This document shows, in pieces, positions 12,801-24,232 of a stretch of DNA of 64,000 nt. Position 1 is the first letter of the stretch, and each line of letters starts with the position of its first letter. Where the stretch lies: the NCBI GenBank assembly GCA_964188305.1, contig OZ076892.1, one strand, 5' to 3'. The notes under the pieces were generated by a model. That model was given only the letters and a program-made list of their open reading frames with translations. It was not told where the DNA came from and ran no database searches. The position numbers were made by a program, and so were the translations under genes. This DNA comes from Podarcis bocagei. Taxonomy: Eukaryota.

Positions 12801-15800
12801 GGCAGCAACTCTCAGCACTAGAGATCAGCAATCTGCAGCCAGTGGGTTTGGTCTTCAGCCTCCCAGGTCGGCCTCCTGTCTTTCTCTTCCAAATGTGCCT
12901 CTTGAAATGAAGGCACAAGGAAAGGAAGCATGGAGGAAACGAGAGCAAAGGGGCTTTCTGGGTTGTCCTCCACCTTTCTGCTGAAATGCTTCTTTTTCTT
13001 TTTGTGAAAAGATTTAAATGGGACGCCAAGCGCTTCAAGCCAGACTTCTCCATTAGGCCAGTGGAAGGCTACATTTCCCCAGGAACGGACGTCTTCTTTG
13101 AAGTGACTTTCCACCCCTGTGAGCAGAGCCAGGACATCTGCTATGAGAACCTCCAGTGTCACATCCAAGGCAGAGAACCACTCAAGCTCATGCTCACCGG
13201 ATGCTGTGTGGGAGTCCCCCAGGTCAAAGAGGTACAAAACCTCCTCAACAGGACTGTTTTTGTGGGATGGCAGGTCTCACATGTGACTAGCCTGTGGAAC
13301 ACTCTCTGAAGCTATATTTGCATATTTGGGCAGAGGATTAATGTGTTTGGATCAGGCTTGGATGTGAAACCTCTGCGATTTGCACTCCCTGAACTACCAT
13401 GCAAAACTGAAATACAGTTATCCTTCCACCCCCCTCCCCCCATCTGGCCATGTCCCAGCACTCTCCTTTTAGTTGCTCTTTTCTGTTTATTAAAAAATAA
13501 AGGTCAGATGTGGATATTTCCACCCTTGGCATAATAACCTGCAACACACACTTTTTATTTGGCCCTCCAGATGTTTTGGGAATACAATTCCCATCATCCC
13601 TGACCACTGGTCCTGTTAGCTAGGGGTGATGGGAGTTGTAGTCCCAAAACATCTGGAGGGCATAGCTGATGACCATGCGTAATGGAAATTGTAGCAGTAT
13701 TTGGAGGACACCATGTTGTTGTTATCCCTGAATTACCAAATAAGGAGTAATACAGATGTAGTAACTCAAATGTTTTCAAAATGTCCCCCAGTGATAAAAT
13801 ACCAGTTGCAAATGTTTTTGTGCTTGGGGGAAGATGTGCTTTGTAGGTTCTTGAGCTCTAAGCCAGCCTTCCCCAACTGGGTGCCCTCTAGATGCTGTTG
13901 GACTACAACTCACATCATCTTTCGGCTTCTGGCTCTACTGACTACAGCTGATTGGAGGTAGAGTCCAGGAACATCTGAGGGCCCAAGGTTAAGTGACTGC
14001 AGACTATGAAGGACTGGCAACAACCCCACCACCCCCAGTCCCACCCATTTATTTTTTCTTTGAGATGGTGCACTGGAACTCTTGCTTCCCCAGTGTAATT
14101 CCCATCTTCAGTCAACTGCCCTGGAGAGCTTTTTCCTCTTTGTGAAGGGAAATTATTTAGCAAGGTGAAATTCAGGAAACCAGTACCAAAACAGCTCTGA
14201 AGAAAAGGAGGCTTGGACAGCCTGGTTTTGAATATGCTAAAACCACTCGGAACATATTCAGAATTCAAGTGTGTTGATCGTATGGGAATAAACTATGACA
14301 ATCTCCATCCCATCCTCTCGCTCTTCAGGTGGTGAATTTCACATGTCAGGTGCGGGCAAAGCACACACAGACCATTATGTTATCCAACAAGACCAACCAG
14401 GCATGGACCCTGCGGCCAATCATCGAAGGGGAGCAATGGAAGGGTTCAGAGTTCATTAGGGTAGAAGCCCACCAGCAAAACAAGCCGTATGAAGTCACCT
14501 ATAAACCCCTTGCCATGAATTCAGACAACAAGAAGGATCAGGTATTTCACAAAAAAGGGCAAAGATGCCAGTAGGGGGCGGGCAGAGAGGATCTTTTGGG
14601 TCTCAGATCAGAATTGCTAGGGAATTGAAGTAGATTTGCGGACTTCTGCCTATGGAGACTTGCTATTGGCAGCCAAAAGTTTCCATGTACCTTTATCAGC
14701 CAATTGTTTTAAAATAATTATTTTAAAGTAATTATTAAAAAGAAATATTTTATTTATTGCATTTCTATCACACATTACTTCTCCAAGGAGCTCAAGGTAG
14801 TGAACTTAGTTTTCTCCTTCCTCATTTAATCCTCGCCACAGCCCTTTGAAGTGGGTCAGGCTGAGAGGCAGTGACTGGCCTAAGGTCACCCAGTGAGTTT
14901 CATGGCCAAGGATTACATTTTTTAAAAAAAATTAAATAGTTAAAGATAAAATTAAACTAAAAGAACACAAAAACTAAGAGTTGGATTCAATGCTAGTCAT
15001 ACTCAATTAACCCATTGAAGTTAATGGATCTGACGAACTTCGGTTCATTACTTTAGGTGAGCTAAAAGTATTTTAGCTGTAGAAGCACCTCTGCAGCTTC
15101 ATTTGATGCTCTGCTATGTTGCATTGAGCATGGTGGGCTTACTCCAGAGAGTGGCATTTCCAGGAGAAGGCAGCTGTTTTGTTTTTCTGTTGCAAATGCC
15201 AGGTGACCTGAGGACCATCTTCTTTTCCTAGTATCTTTCAAAGCAGCCACATTTCACAGGGGAAATCTGGTCAGGTCATGCGTGTATCTTGAGGTTCACA
15301 TTTCTCCTCTTGCCTGTTAGGGGTCCATCTTCTTCCCCCTCCCGGATGGGACGGGGCTGCTGTACCTCCTGCAAGGCACCGCAGAGCCTCCAAAGTCTGC
15401 TGGGAACATCATAAGGGAAGTTCCATGCAAAACATTCTACACAGAACTTCTCCCCATCTCCAATTGGCTAAACAAGCCACAAAGGTAAATGGGACGGGGT
15501 GTGTGTGTGTGTCATGGGGTTGGGACTGGCAGCGTCTGTTCCAACCAGTGCCAGCAGGATTCTACAGTTCAAGGTGTGCCTTGGTGTCCATTGTCAGTAA
15601 CCTGTTACAGGCCATGGTCCCTGAATTCTTCAGACCTCTTGCCTTTCTCAGCCCTCCCAGGCTGAGTTTTTCCCAGGCTCTCTCTGCAGTTCCAGTGGCT
15701 GAGAGTTACACTCTGTTGGGTGAGCTTTGGTTGCAGTCCAAGGAAAGCCTTGAGACTTCTGCAGTGACCAGTGGTGAGCTCCATGCAGACTATGACTTAT

Positions 15801-18800
15801 TCCCACAGCATGAAGTGGGAAGGAAGGAAGGAAGGAAGGAAGGAAGGAAGGAAGGAACTACAGCCAGGCATACCTCAAAAACCTGGGCAGCACCAGTGAA
15901 GGATGCAGCAGATAGGCTAGTCTGTGGTCTAGGTCTTGCAGTTTGGTTGCACTGTGTGGCACAATGTTCACTTTGTTACATCCTCCTCCTCCTAAGTCCA
16001 GGGCAACAGTATAGCTCTGAGTGAGTCTCCACCTGTCTTCCTTCTATTTTATGTGAGGAAACTGCAATACATCCCAGAGCTGCCAGCAGTTGCCTTTCTT
16101 AACCTTAGACACTTTGAGGTCCACATAAAATGAACATTGTTTCCATAGAGGTGGTTCTGAGCACCCCCCAAATGTTGCACAGACTCTTCCTACCCCCTAA
16201 CCACACCAGTTTCATGCCTGATGATGATATATCTAAGCAGAAATATATTGAAGGACCATGAAATGGGTGAGATTGATGGTCCAGCTGTGCAATGAAATGT
16301 GGCTCTTTTGAGTCAGGTTGGTGAGCCCTCATCAAGACTATACTGCTTGTGATGGGCCACAGGAGCAAAATGAATATATTCCTTTCACAATTGCAGTGTG
16401 TGTGTGGGGTGTGTGTGTGTGTGTTTCTCCAGTGCTTCTCCAAGTTGGAAGTCAACACCTTGCCCTCAAATGGACCTTCAGCCTCCTTTCATCTTTTCCT
16501 TCTCTGTCACTTTCTGTGGTCACATCAATCAAATCCCACCTTTGAATATTGCTCCAGCAAGTCCATATTATATTTCTCTGCCAAGAAAACCCAAACTAAA
16601 GACTTAGGATGCTATGGAATCGGCCAAGAATCTTGGGTATAGGGCAGAATACAAATTTCAGTAGTAGTAGTAGTGGTAGTAGTAGTAGTCGTAGTCGTAG
16701 TAATGGCTGCCCTGTGCCTTTAACACCAGCTGAATCTGTAGAACAAGCAAGTGAAACTTTTCATATCATTGGAATAAATATGATTTCCTGCTACATGTCT
16801 GCATACCTGGCCCTGCCCATGACCCAGTTGAAGAGGCTAAGCTATTTATTTTTTAACTTGCTTGAATAAAAGTTGAAAAGCTGCAAATTATACAGAAGAC
16901 AGTTATTTGCTTGTGGGTGTTTTTCTTCAGTGGATAAAGCTGGGGAGAAAGTGGCCTCTCTTTGTCTGTACAGCCACAGCCAACATTCCACATCTAGTCC
17001 CTGTGGAGCATTTAGAGGGTGAATGTGGTGACTGTCCTTCCTCTGACAGATTCCGTGTGACAGTGGATATGCTGAAGCCAGAAAGGCTGGAATTGACCAC
17101 CACACTGAAGACCCTGGACTATGTGGATGTGCCTACTGCTGCCAAGAAGGACCACAAGCTCACCTTCTTCTCTTACAGGGAAGGCATGTACAGTGCCAAG
17201 GTAAATACCCCACCCGAACACCATCCCCTTTCCCCTTCTGAGGGCGCCTGAAGTAGAAGGATCCCTCCCATTCATAGGGACCACATCAGTGGAGATTTAA
17301 GGACAGCCTGCTCAGCAGAGCATTTGGGGATGCAGCTAAAACCACAATCAGCCCCTTTCTGGGCTGCAGGGATTTCCATACAAGAGGCTGTTCTGCAGGG
17401 GTTTTTTAGGCATTTTGTATCAAATGGGTGAAGGGCAGCTCACATGGTGCCCTCAGGTGTTGTGGACCATTTATTGCTTTATTTATTACATTTATACCCT
17501 GCCCTTCCTCCCAAATAGTGCCAAACAGCTGTAGCTTCCAGTATCTCTGACTGCTGGCTTTGCTGTCTAGGGCTGATGAGTGTTGTGGTCCAAAACATCT
17601 AGAGGGTACCACATTGGTTATCCCTGGTGCACAGCTGAAAAGGAAAAAGTTTCCGATATCAAATGCTTTGGAATCATTTCCCCTCAGGCTCTACATCTGC
17701 TGTCTTGTGTGGGCTGAGAATTCATTGCCATCCTTTCCAGTCACCTGACCATTTTGCATTTCTCCTTTTCTGAGAGCAGCCCAGCCACTGCTGGCAAGAA
17801 CTGCAATTCCACATAGTTTCAGTGATGCTGAGCTGCAACACTAGTTCAGTTGCCCTGCACTAGGCAGTCTGAATGCTCAGTGCTTCTGGAAAAAGCAAGG
17901 GTGCTCAGTTTTGCGCAGTGTTTTGGCAAAAGGTGGGTGGGATAAAGCTGACCTGAATGGATTTCCATCCTGCAATGGAGTCACCACCATGGCAGCTCCT
18001 GACCCTGACACTTCCTTACCTTTGCAGGTGACCTTCCGCAATGAAACGACTCAGGAGTTCCTGTTCTATTTGGTGACTTTTAAGGTCATCCCATGTGGCC
18101 CACTTGGCACCATTGAGCTGATGACCCCCGTGCGGCAAAGCACCTCATCTTCTGTGAAGGTTGAAAACCCTCTCCATGTCCCAGTGACCTTCAACACTGA
18201 CTGCAAAGTGCCAGACATCAACATTCCCCCCCAGTTCATTGTCCCGGCTCAGTCGGAGGTATGAATTTGCCTTTGAAGTGGCCAAGAGCCTGGTCTTGCA
18301 ACTGCCTCAGCCTGCAATGGGCAAGACGGCTCTGCTGTCATTCAGCAGAACTACATCTGGGTGATTGTTTCCTTTCCCTAAAATGTTTTGGTTCCACTTT
18401 GTATGTAAATATAATAATATAATAATATTATAATAATAATTATAATTATAATAGTAAATATGGATTTCCCACCTGCTGCAGTCTGGCCTGGAGCCTGGCT
18501 CAGACCTGACACAATCCCTGGGATAACTTTAGTCCTACCCTTAAGTTGCTGAAGGAAGCTGGCACAAATCTCTCACCCTCATACGTCCTTCTTCACTGAG
18601 GAATCCAGGATTTCTTTCTCTTTTTCCATTTCTCTCCTACTCCCTCACACACACCCTTTTTCTTCCCACTGTCTCCTTATGGCAGGCCTCTAAAAAACCC
18701 TTTCACATTCCCTCCGGCGTTCTCCTGTGGAGATGCTCCCTCCTTCCCCATGTGTGCATTCTGCCTGCAGGAAGGACTGGTTGACTTTCTTTTCACATTT

Positions 18801-21800
18801 TGAAAGCAGCATGATAAGGAAGGGGAGGCAATTCCCGAGTTACTGTCAGATGAAAACAAGCTCCTCACAGGAAGGGAAATGTCACTGCTGCTGCTACTTC
18901 CAACACATCCAAGGTGTGGAACGCCCTCCTGTCCCCTGCCCCTCCCAGAGTCATCAGGCAGCCAGGACCCTTGGCATTGGTCTGGCTGTCACTGGATAGA
19001 TTGTCAAGAGGGATTAACTAGCACTGTTCAACAGTCCATACTGTTCTGTAAAAGAGAAAGTGACCCAGCCCAACTGAAATTGGGAATATTTTGGCCTCTA
19101 GAGATGTGATTTCTCTATTATCACCTTACTCTCCAAGGAGCCTAGGGTGGTATACATGGTTCTCACCCTCATTTAATCCCCACAATAACTTTTTGAGGTA
19201 GGTTAGACTGAGAGACTGTGAGTGGCCCAAGGCCACTCAGTGAGTTTCATGGCCAAGTGGGGAGACCTGCTCGCTCCCAGGTCCTAGTCTGACACTTTTA
19301 ACCACTATGCCATACTAACTCTCTATGCCTGCCTATTCTCTTGCCTGTTCCTTGCCTGCCTTCCATGCTGCCCTCTCAGCCTGCCACCCTCATCAACTTG
19401 CCTACTGCTCAACTGTCTCCAGGTTGACCCACTGGCTGTGGCGCTTCCGTCCCAACCCTGCTCTTGAACCTGCCAGAATTTGCCCCTTCTGCTCTTCCAC
19501 ATGCTCTCCCTTCTCTGCTGCTGCTCAGTGTTGGCCATGGATGCTGAACAATCATTCTTGCAGAGAAAGGGAGTTGGGTGGAGCCAGCCAGTCAGTGACT
19601 GTCAAATCCCCCTCCACTTCTTGACCGGTTGCTTGTTCTGCCTCCTCCCGTCTTTTCTCAGGGGGTGCTTGTGTTTGAGTTCCAACCAATGAGGCCTGGA
19701 GAAGTTACTGGGCGCCTGTCCCTCTACAGCAATGAGCTGGGCTCCTTCCAGTACGACTTGATCCTGAAAGCCACCCCAGCCCGGCCAGAGAAAGCCCTCT
19801 CCTTCTGCGCCATGCTGGGCAGCAGCCAGATCGTCTTCGCCAAGTTTGTCAACTACACCCGTCAGAAGACAGAGTACACCACCAAGGTGATTCCTGTTGC
19901 TGTGATGCCACTTCTGGTCCAAGTTGACAGACACAGAGCTTTCACCCACGGTAGCCTTTGCTTGTAGGCAAATCAAGTTTCCCATCATCCTGCTCCACTA
20001 GCTTATGATACTGCCACACCTTTGTGGCATTGTAGCTCTTGCTACAGGCCCTGCAGAAGCAAAGTGCTTCCTCCCACCCCATCTTGACCACAGTGCCAAC
20101 AAGCTTCTCTTCCCAACTAGCTGGAAAGCATGTGAACATCCCTCTGGAGCTGCTTTCTGCTGAGTCAGTCCTGTTAACATCTGCTTTTGCAGGCAGAGAA
20201 AGGTATTTCCCAGCCTGGGACTGAAGCAGGGACCATGTGCTTACTTTATGATGTTTATACTCTGCCTTCCTCCAAGCAGCTCAAGGTAGCATACACGGTT
20301 CTTTCCCATCCCATCACAACAATCCTACTTGTGAGAGGTAGCGACAGTAGCTGAGTGGGGATTCCCACGTCTCTTTGACTCTTTGCAAAGCATTTGCTCT
20401 GCTGTCCTGAGCTGTGACCCTCCTGTTACGTGTGCCACCCACTCCCAGCAGACAATGGCAGGGATGGGGAAGGGCTGTTAAATTTATCTGGACTTTGGCT
20501 ATGATGCAGCTGAAATCTGTGCTAGCTGGTTGTGGGTCCCTCTCCCTGCTCAATAGGTTTAACCCAGGCTGACCTGAGCAGTCAAATGGTTGTTTATGTG
20601 TGTGACTGGGGTGAGGTGAGGAGTTCTCCACGAGGAAACGTTGACTTTTCTTTGCAGAAGATGCAAGGAGTTCTATGAGTCTCCCCTTTGCTGCCAGGCA
20701 AATGAAAATTGCAGAGGAAGTGGAAAAGGTTTGAGGCAGCACGAAGGCAAGGGTGAATGTGACAATGCAGTGCAGTGCAAATTTGCAACTGAGAAAGCAA
20801 GAGGCCTCCACACTCCATTTGAAGATACCTTTTGGGTTCTGACAAATATCGCATCCTCCAGGATATTGTAAATAAAAATAGCTGCTGCCAGGCTCCAGAT
20901 TGTTTCCTTCTGTGCCCAAGTTGGGATTTTTCTCACAAGGAAGGATTCTGGGTAAAAGGAGATCTGCCTTACGATGCCTGTGTGAGAGGCTGCCAGGGTG
21001 AAATGCCTGTAGGTGCATGGGACCTACCCCCGCCTCTATGCCTCTCTCCCCTCTCCAGTGAGACTCCTTGTTTTCAGAACAAACCAGTACAATGGGTTGT
21101 GCTCTTCTGTCTGGGGTTGGTGGCTGATTGCTTCATTGCTCCAAAGGACAAAGGCATTGCAGGAGGAGTTTTGCCAGGGAGAGGAAGCAGTAACTGAGCC
21201 TGAGCACAACAATAATGCAACCCAGTTTGTTTGTTCTGTTTTACTGGAGTTTGTTCTGACCCTCTGGACAAGATGTGAGTCAGTAAGAAATGTTACGTTT
21301 GTCTGCTCTGTGGTACAACTGCAGCCACCAGACCAACCAGACTGTGATTTCTCTTTCCAGCTTGACTGCCCTGACTTCCACGTGGACAAAGTCATCAATG
21401 CACCTGCAGGATCTCTAGGAGGCACTGAGGTCAGCGTGGAAGTAATCTTTGAGCCTTGCCAGTTGGGTGAATGCAAGGGAACACTTGTTCTTTCCTCAAC
21501 CATAGGAGGCGACTATGTCATCCCTCTCAGTGGCACATCAATCCCTCCTAAACCACAGGGGCCTATTCAGATCAGGGCTGGCACCAGCACAGCCATTCCC
21601 TTTAAGAATGTCTTCCTGCATCCCATGGCTTTCTCCTACATTGTGGAGAATTCTGCCTTCACTGTGAAGGCCACTGAGACTATTAAGGCTAAGAAATCAG
21701 CTACCATCCTAGTTTCCTTTGAAGGGAACCCAAGTGGCACCAAAGCCGCTGTCACCAGCAAGCTGGTTGTCTCTTGTCCTCGTGCAGCTGGGCTGGGCTC

Positions 21801-21849
21801 AGGAGTTTCCTGGGTTTATTATCTAAAGGGTATCACACCTGAGAAATGA
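191..21849 (+). CDS. HYDIN: HYDIN (hydrocephalus-inducing protein, axonemal central-pair component), 3' part, 18 coding exons; the gene begins upstream of the window
   Basis: Exons 191-416, 1186-1398, 2802-2937, 3969-4134, 4618-4765, 5160-5367, 6840-7061, 7280-7449, 8842-9040, 10045-10203, 12037-12317, 13012-13231, 14329-14541, 15321-15484, 17050-17200, 18028-18258, 19662-19886, 21361-21849. All are bounded by AG/GT with compatible phases (3821 nt, one open frame to TGA). Recognisable HYDIN peptides: LPYCHFELEDSNYI, NPTNATYSFQW, GSIFFPLPDGTG, WVYYLKGITPEK*. Confidence 0.96.
1186..1398 (+). CDS. HYDIN: HYDIN exon
   Basis: tttcag|T...CG|gtgagt; ISNLKPDEEGPVVAVKAKSLLPYCHFELEDSNYITAHRRN. Confidence 0.95.
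1810..2068. mobile_element. Non-autonomous Tc1/mariner-superfamily (pogo/Tc2-like) MITE
   Basis: Terminal inverted repeats CCGTATTTTTCGCTCTATAAGAC / GTCTTATAGAGCAAAAAATACAG, flanked by TA at 1808-1809 and 2069-2070. Confidence 0.85.
2802..2937 (+). CDS. HYDIN: HYDIN exon
   Basis: ggtag|G...GAG|gtgagt; SFAIMNPTNATYSFQWVCE...PEKKVE. Confidence 0.93.
3814..3857. repeat. (GT)n microsatellite
   Basis: About 22 GT units. Confidence 0.95.
3969..4134 (+). CDS. HYDIN: HYDIN exon
   Basis: ctgtag|GTC...ATTG|gtaagg; VIFEFIPQHLDTTESFWTFLIPEHNLSVPFLLVG. Confidence 0.95.
4618..4765 (+). CDS. HYDIN: HYDIN exon
   Basis: ctaag|GA...CCAG|gtaaag; HEARESIDIINNENETYNFSFRE...PMEGSIPPRS. Confidence 0.92.
5160..5367 (+). 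CDS. HYDIN: HYDIN exon
   Basis: caccag|G...GAG|gtgaga; LPISILFMPNLEGEVNFNLICDVKRK. Confidence 0.95.
5780..6760 (+). mobile_element. Degenerate L2/CR1-group LINE ORF2 (reverse transcriptase) fragment
   Basis: Translates to DPFQSGFRPDSGTETSLDALYDDL...LLIILDLSAAFDTIDHGILL with stops and frameshifts; edges approximate. Confidence 0.88.
6840..7061 (+). CDS. HYDIN: HYDIN exon
   Basis: gacag|ATG...CAG|gtaggg; MQVSDYAQCHFYILNTGKFNFNFSWE...DVELKLQ. Confidence 0.94.
7280..7449 (+). CDS. HYDIN: HYDIN exon
   Basis: cacag|ATC...AG|gtaagc; ISHGPTFTCLLEGSAVNPSIHFSLTKVEFGSCFIYQ. Confidence 0.95.
8842..9040 (+). CDS. HYDIN: HYDIN exon
   Basis: catag|C...AAG|gtgaga; LECLFTNTAYLEV...ITFYPREAMSYHEVITFEING. 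Confidence 0.95.
10045..10203 (+). CDS. HYDIN: HYDIN exon
   Basis: cacag|ATA...AAG|gtaagg; IEVAEPHNKVLKFGAVPPGHSVKKIVTIVNRS. Confidence 0.95.
11325..11470 (-). mobile_element. Penelope-like element terminal-repeat fragment
   Basis: Resembles recalled reptile Penelope repeats (GGTAGCC..TGTTGCAG..AAAGAG..TTTATTATGGC.TAAGCT..CACTTCATCAGATGC) and carries a hammerhead-like CTGATGA core on the minus strand. Confidence 0.6.
12037..12317 (+). CDS. HYDIN: HYDIN exon
   Basis: gacag|ATT...GG|gtaaac; ...QGIEVSLDQDHVPFGAVV...IMMQNTGDIGV. Confidence 0.95.
13012..13231 (+). CDS. HYDIN: HYDIN exon
   Basis: aaaag|A...GAG|gtacaa; FKWDAKRFKPDFSIRPVEGYISPG. Confidence 0.94.
13562..13661. mobile_element. Palindromic MITE (hAT-like squamate family); related copies near 13864-14000, 17520-17625, 35520-35590, 48454-48583, 56790-56870, 60850-60915
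   Basis: GCCCTCCAGATGTTTTGGG...CCCATCA / TGATGGGAGTTGTAGTCCCAAAACATCTGGAGGGC hairpin, recurring through the window. Confidence 0.75.
14329..14541 (+). CDS. HYDIN: HYDIN exon
   Basis: ttcag|GTG...CAG|gtattt; VVNFTCQVRAKHTQTIMLSNKTNQAWTLRPIIEGEQW. Confidence 0.95.
14745..14910 (-). mobile_element. CORE-type (MIR-like) SINE fragment; further copies near 19108-19315 (-), 20255-20360 (-), 48590-48780 (+)
   Basis: Shared CTCCAAGGAGCTCAAGGT...CTCATTTAATCC...GAGTGGCCCAAGG.CAC.CAGTGAGTTTCATGGCCAAG block. Confidence 0.65.
15321..15484 (+). CDS. HYDIN: HYDIN exon
   Basis: gttag|GGG...AAG|gtaaat; GSIFFPLPDGTGLLYLLQGTAEPP...NWLNKPQ. Confidence 0.96.
15819..15857. repeat. (GAAG)n microsatellite
   Basis: Tandem GGAA/AAGG units. 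Confidence 0.9.
17050..17200 (+). CDS. HYDIN: HYDIN exon
   Basis: gacag|A...AAG|gtaaat; FRVTVDMLKPE...LDYVDVP...YREGMYSAK. Confidence 0.95.
18028..18258 (+). CDS. HYDIN: HYDIN exon
   Basis: tgcag|GTG...GAG|gtatga; VTFRNETTQEFLFY...TPVRQ...ENPL...VPAQSE. Confidence 0.96.
19662..19886 (+). CDS. HYDIN: HYDIN exon
   Basis: ctcag|GGG...AAG|gtgatt; GVLVFEFQPMRPGE...NELGSFQYDLILKATP. Confidence 0.95.
21361..21849 (+). CDS. HYDIN: HYDIN terminal coding exon
   Basis: ttccag|CTT...TGA; LDCPDFHVDK...PPKPQGP...FKNVF...WVYYLKGITPEK*. Confidence 0.96.
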   Translation, partial: LDCPDFHVDKVINAPAGSLGGTEVSVEVIFEPCQLGECKGTLVLSSTIGGDYVIPLSGTSIPPKPQGPIQIRAGTSTAIPFKNVFLHPMAFSYIVENSAFTVKATETIKAKKSATILVSFEGNPSGTKAAVTSKLVVSCPRAAGLGSGVSWVYYLKGITPEK

Positions 21850-22323
21850 AACTGTGGAGAGCCACTGTGTTGTCTTGTTTCATTTAAGCATTGCCATAAG
21901 GAGGGAGAGAGAGCTAGACAGTCAGTGCATGTCTTGCTTTTTGGTATTTGAGCCCCTGTGTCAAGCATCTTCCTTGCTTTTCTTAGGAGAAGGGAAAGTT
22001 GGCAATGCCTCTGTACCTTTTGGAATGAGAGGGGAGGAAAGCCCTCTGTGATTGTCCTTGCGGCAGGCACGGAGGACAGCAGGGTGTGTTATACAGGGCT
22101 TCCACATGCAAGATTTCTGTCAGAACAAACCAAGTGTCTCCTTGTGTAAGGAGGGCAGCACACATCACACCAGGAATGTCCTTCTTCCCTTAATATTCCT
22201 CCAGTGTTCAATCTGCTGAATAAGTTAATGCAGCAGCTTAAAACATCACCTGGAAATGTGCAAAATGAGCTTCCGCCTTATATTCATGATAAGAATGTCT
22301 TGTTACATAAGATTTTATTTTGG

Positions 22324-22339
22324 AATAAAGGTTATTAAA
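22324..22339 (+). terminator. Probable HYDIN polyadenylation signals (AATAAA 22324-22329, ATTAAA 22334-22339)
   Basis: First canonical hexamers seen, about 475 nt after the stop codon, preceded by T-rich sequence. Confidence 0.6.
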
Positions 22340-23051
22340 CAAAACAAGAAACTGCTTGAAAGTTTGTCAGGACAAGGCTGCGGGCAGGATTCTGGGATGT
22401 GGTTGGGAGAGAACCAGACCGAAAGCTTAATGTCTGCTCAGGTTGCCTGGAAACAGTTAGATGATTTGGATGGCAATAATCAGCTGTCAGTTACCTCCAT
22501 GGTAGAAAGTGGGAGAGGCAGAACAACCATGACCTGTGACATCAGGGTTGTGCATAATTCCACATACCTGTCTGTAGACTCAGCTGTGCAAATGTGCAGG
22601 TTAGGCTGAGAGGGACAGCTGGCATCCTGAGAATCTGTTTCTGGAACTTCTGGCTGCAGAGAAACATATAAGGGCATGGGCAAAATATCCAGTGAAATAT
22701 TTGACTCCAGAGGGGATAACAGGACTTCTCTTGGTGATAGTGATGGAGACCAGGGCTTCCTTGCTTATGACCCAGATGCTTTCCCACAAGGTGCTATTTG
22801 CCAGCATGCCCCTCTTCAGAACTGTCTGTGAAAAAGTTAGGTATGCCCTGCCCTCCCCCAGTGTTGGCTCTGACAACATAAAAGGGCCAAATAGAGAAAA
22901 GTGAAACATTTCCGCAAGTGGCTGATTCCTAATTAAGCAGCACAATCTCTGCCACTGCTCACAATTGTCCTAGTGTCAGGCTTTCTTTTAAATAAACAGG
23001 TAGAAGAGGCTGTGCTGCCAGTCTTTCAAATGAAACTTAGGGACATGGGAG

Positions 23052-23091
23052 ATAATAATAATACTAATACTAATAATAATACTAATAATAC

Positions 23092-23143
<52 letters not shown>

Positions 23144-23471
23144 TTATTATTTATACCCCGCCCATCTGGCTGGGCTTCCCTAGCCACTCTGGGCGGCTTC
23201 CAAAAGAATATTAAAATACTATAATACATCAAACATTAAAAGCTTCCCGAAACAGGGCTGCCTTCAGATGTCTTCTAAAAGCCTGGTAGTTGTTGTTCTC
23301 TTTGACATCTGGTGGGAGGGTGTTCCACAGGGAAGGCGCCACTACCGAGAAGGCCCTCTGCCTGGTTCCCTGTAACTTGGCTTCTCGCAGTGAGGGAACT
23401 GCCAGAAGGCCCTCGGTGCTGGACCTCAGTGCCTGGGTAGAACGATGGGGGTGGAGACGCTCCTTCAGATA
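23052..23471 (-). mobile_element. L2 LINE 3' end with long (ATT)n tail, between HYDIN and VAC14
   Basis: The minus strand encodes YLKERLHPH...RAFSVVAPSLWNTLPPDVK...FRRHLKAALFREAFNV*, followed by a 3'UTR and microsatellite tail. Confidence 0.88.
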
Positions 23472-24155
23472 AGTATGGTTTTGACTGTTTCTCGCTCAAC
23501 ATGCCATCATTTGAGTTCCTTCAAATTGAAACGCTTTACAGCAGGGGTAGCTAATGTGGGCACTTTCCAGAAGTTGTTGGGACTCCCAAGTCTCTTCAGC
23601 TGGATGGTTGCAGGTTCGCCACCCCTCCTTTACAGCAATGCTCTGCAACAGAGGGTTGTGGCAGCATTATTTGCCAGATGGTTTTAAAAAATAATAATTA
23701 AAGGGGTCCCCAAATGTCTGTTTGGACGAAAGGTGGGATTCGAGTGTCAAACTGTTGCAGGCAATTACTTTATACAGTAGAGTGAGGAAAATGCTGGGTC
23801 TACGAGACCCGCTGACATGAATGAAGGCGACTAACTTAAGCCATCCGTATCAGTGGGTCTATGAGCAGCACTGAGTTGGAGGCAGCCCAGAAAGGTAGGA
23901 AAGTGATTCATACCAGGTCAGGCCACCTGCGAGAGCTGCTGGCCCTTGGAGCTGGGCGATCCCGCTCCACCGCCCGAGAGGGGCGTCTGCCGATCCAAAT
24001 GAGGCGTCGCTCGAAGGCGCTGGGCGAGAAGCCCCACCAAGCCTCCCCGAGCTTCAAGGTGGACTGCGCCGTCCTGACTGCGCCTTGATCGCTGGCGACG
24101 CGCAGGAGCCGGTTCGAGGACCGCATGAACGAAGAAAAGCGGCTCGGAAGAATTT

Positions 24156-24232
24156 GTCACGTGAGACCGCCGGGAAGGGGGGGAAAGCAGAAAACACCTG
24201 ATATCTCACGTGACTGGACCAAGATGGCCGCC
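24156..24232 (+). promoter_or_regulatory. Two inverted CLEAR/E-box motifs (GTCACGTGAG 24156-24165; CTCACGTGAC 24205-24214) plus a YY1-like site (AAGATGGCCGCC 24221-24232)
   Basis: Direct motif match within the VAC14 proximal promoter; binding is not demonstrated. Confidence 0.65.

Noticed and set aside
13562-13661. Hairpin as a pre-miRNA or CRISPR-like repeat
   Set aside because: Dispersed multi-copy palindromic MITE with no spacer array; eukaryotic context.
21013-21360. N-terminal 116 aa of the 278-aa ORF
   Set aside because: Intronic read-through; the real exon starts after ttccag at 21361.
22973-23232. Poly-Asn and poly-Leu ORFs
   Set aside because: Translations of the (AAT)n tail of an L2 element.
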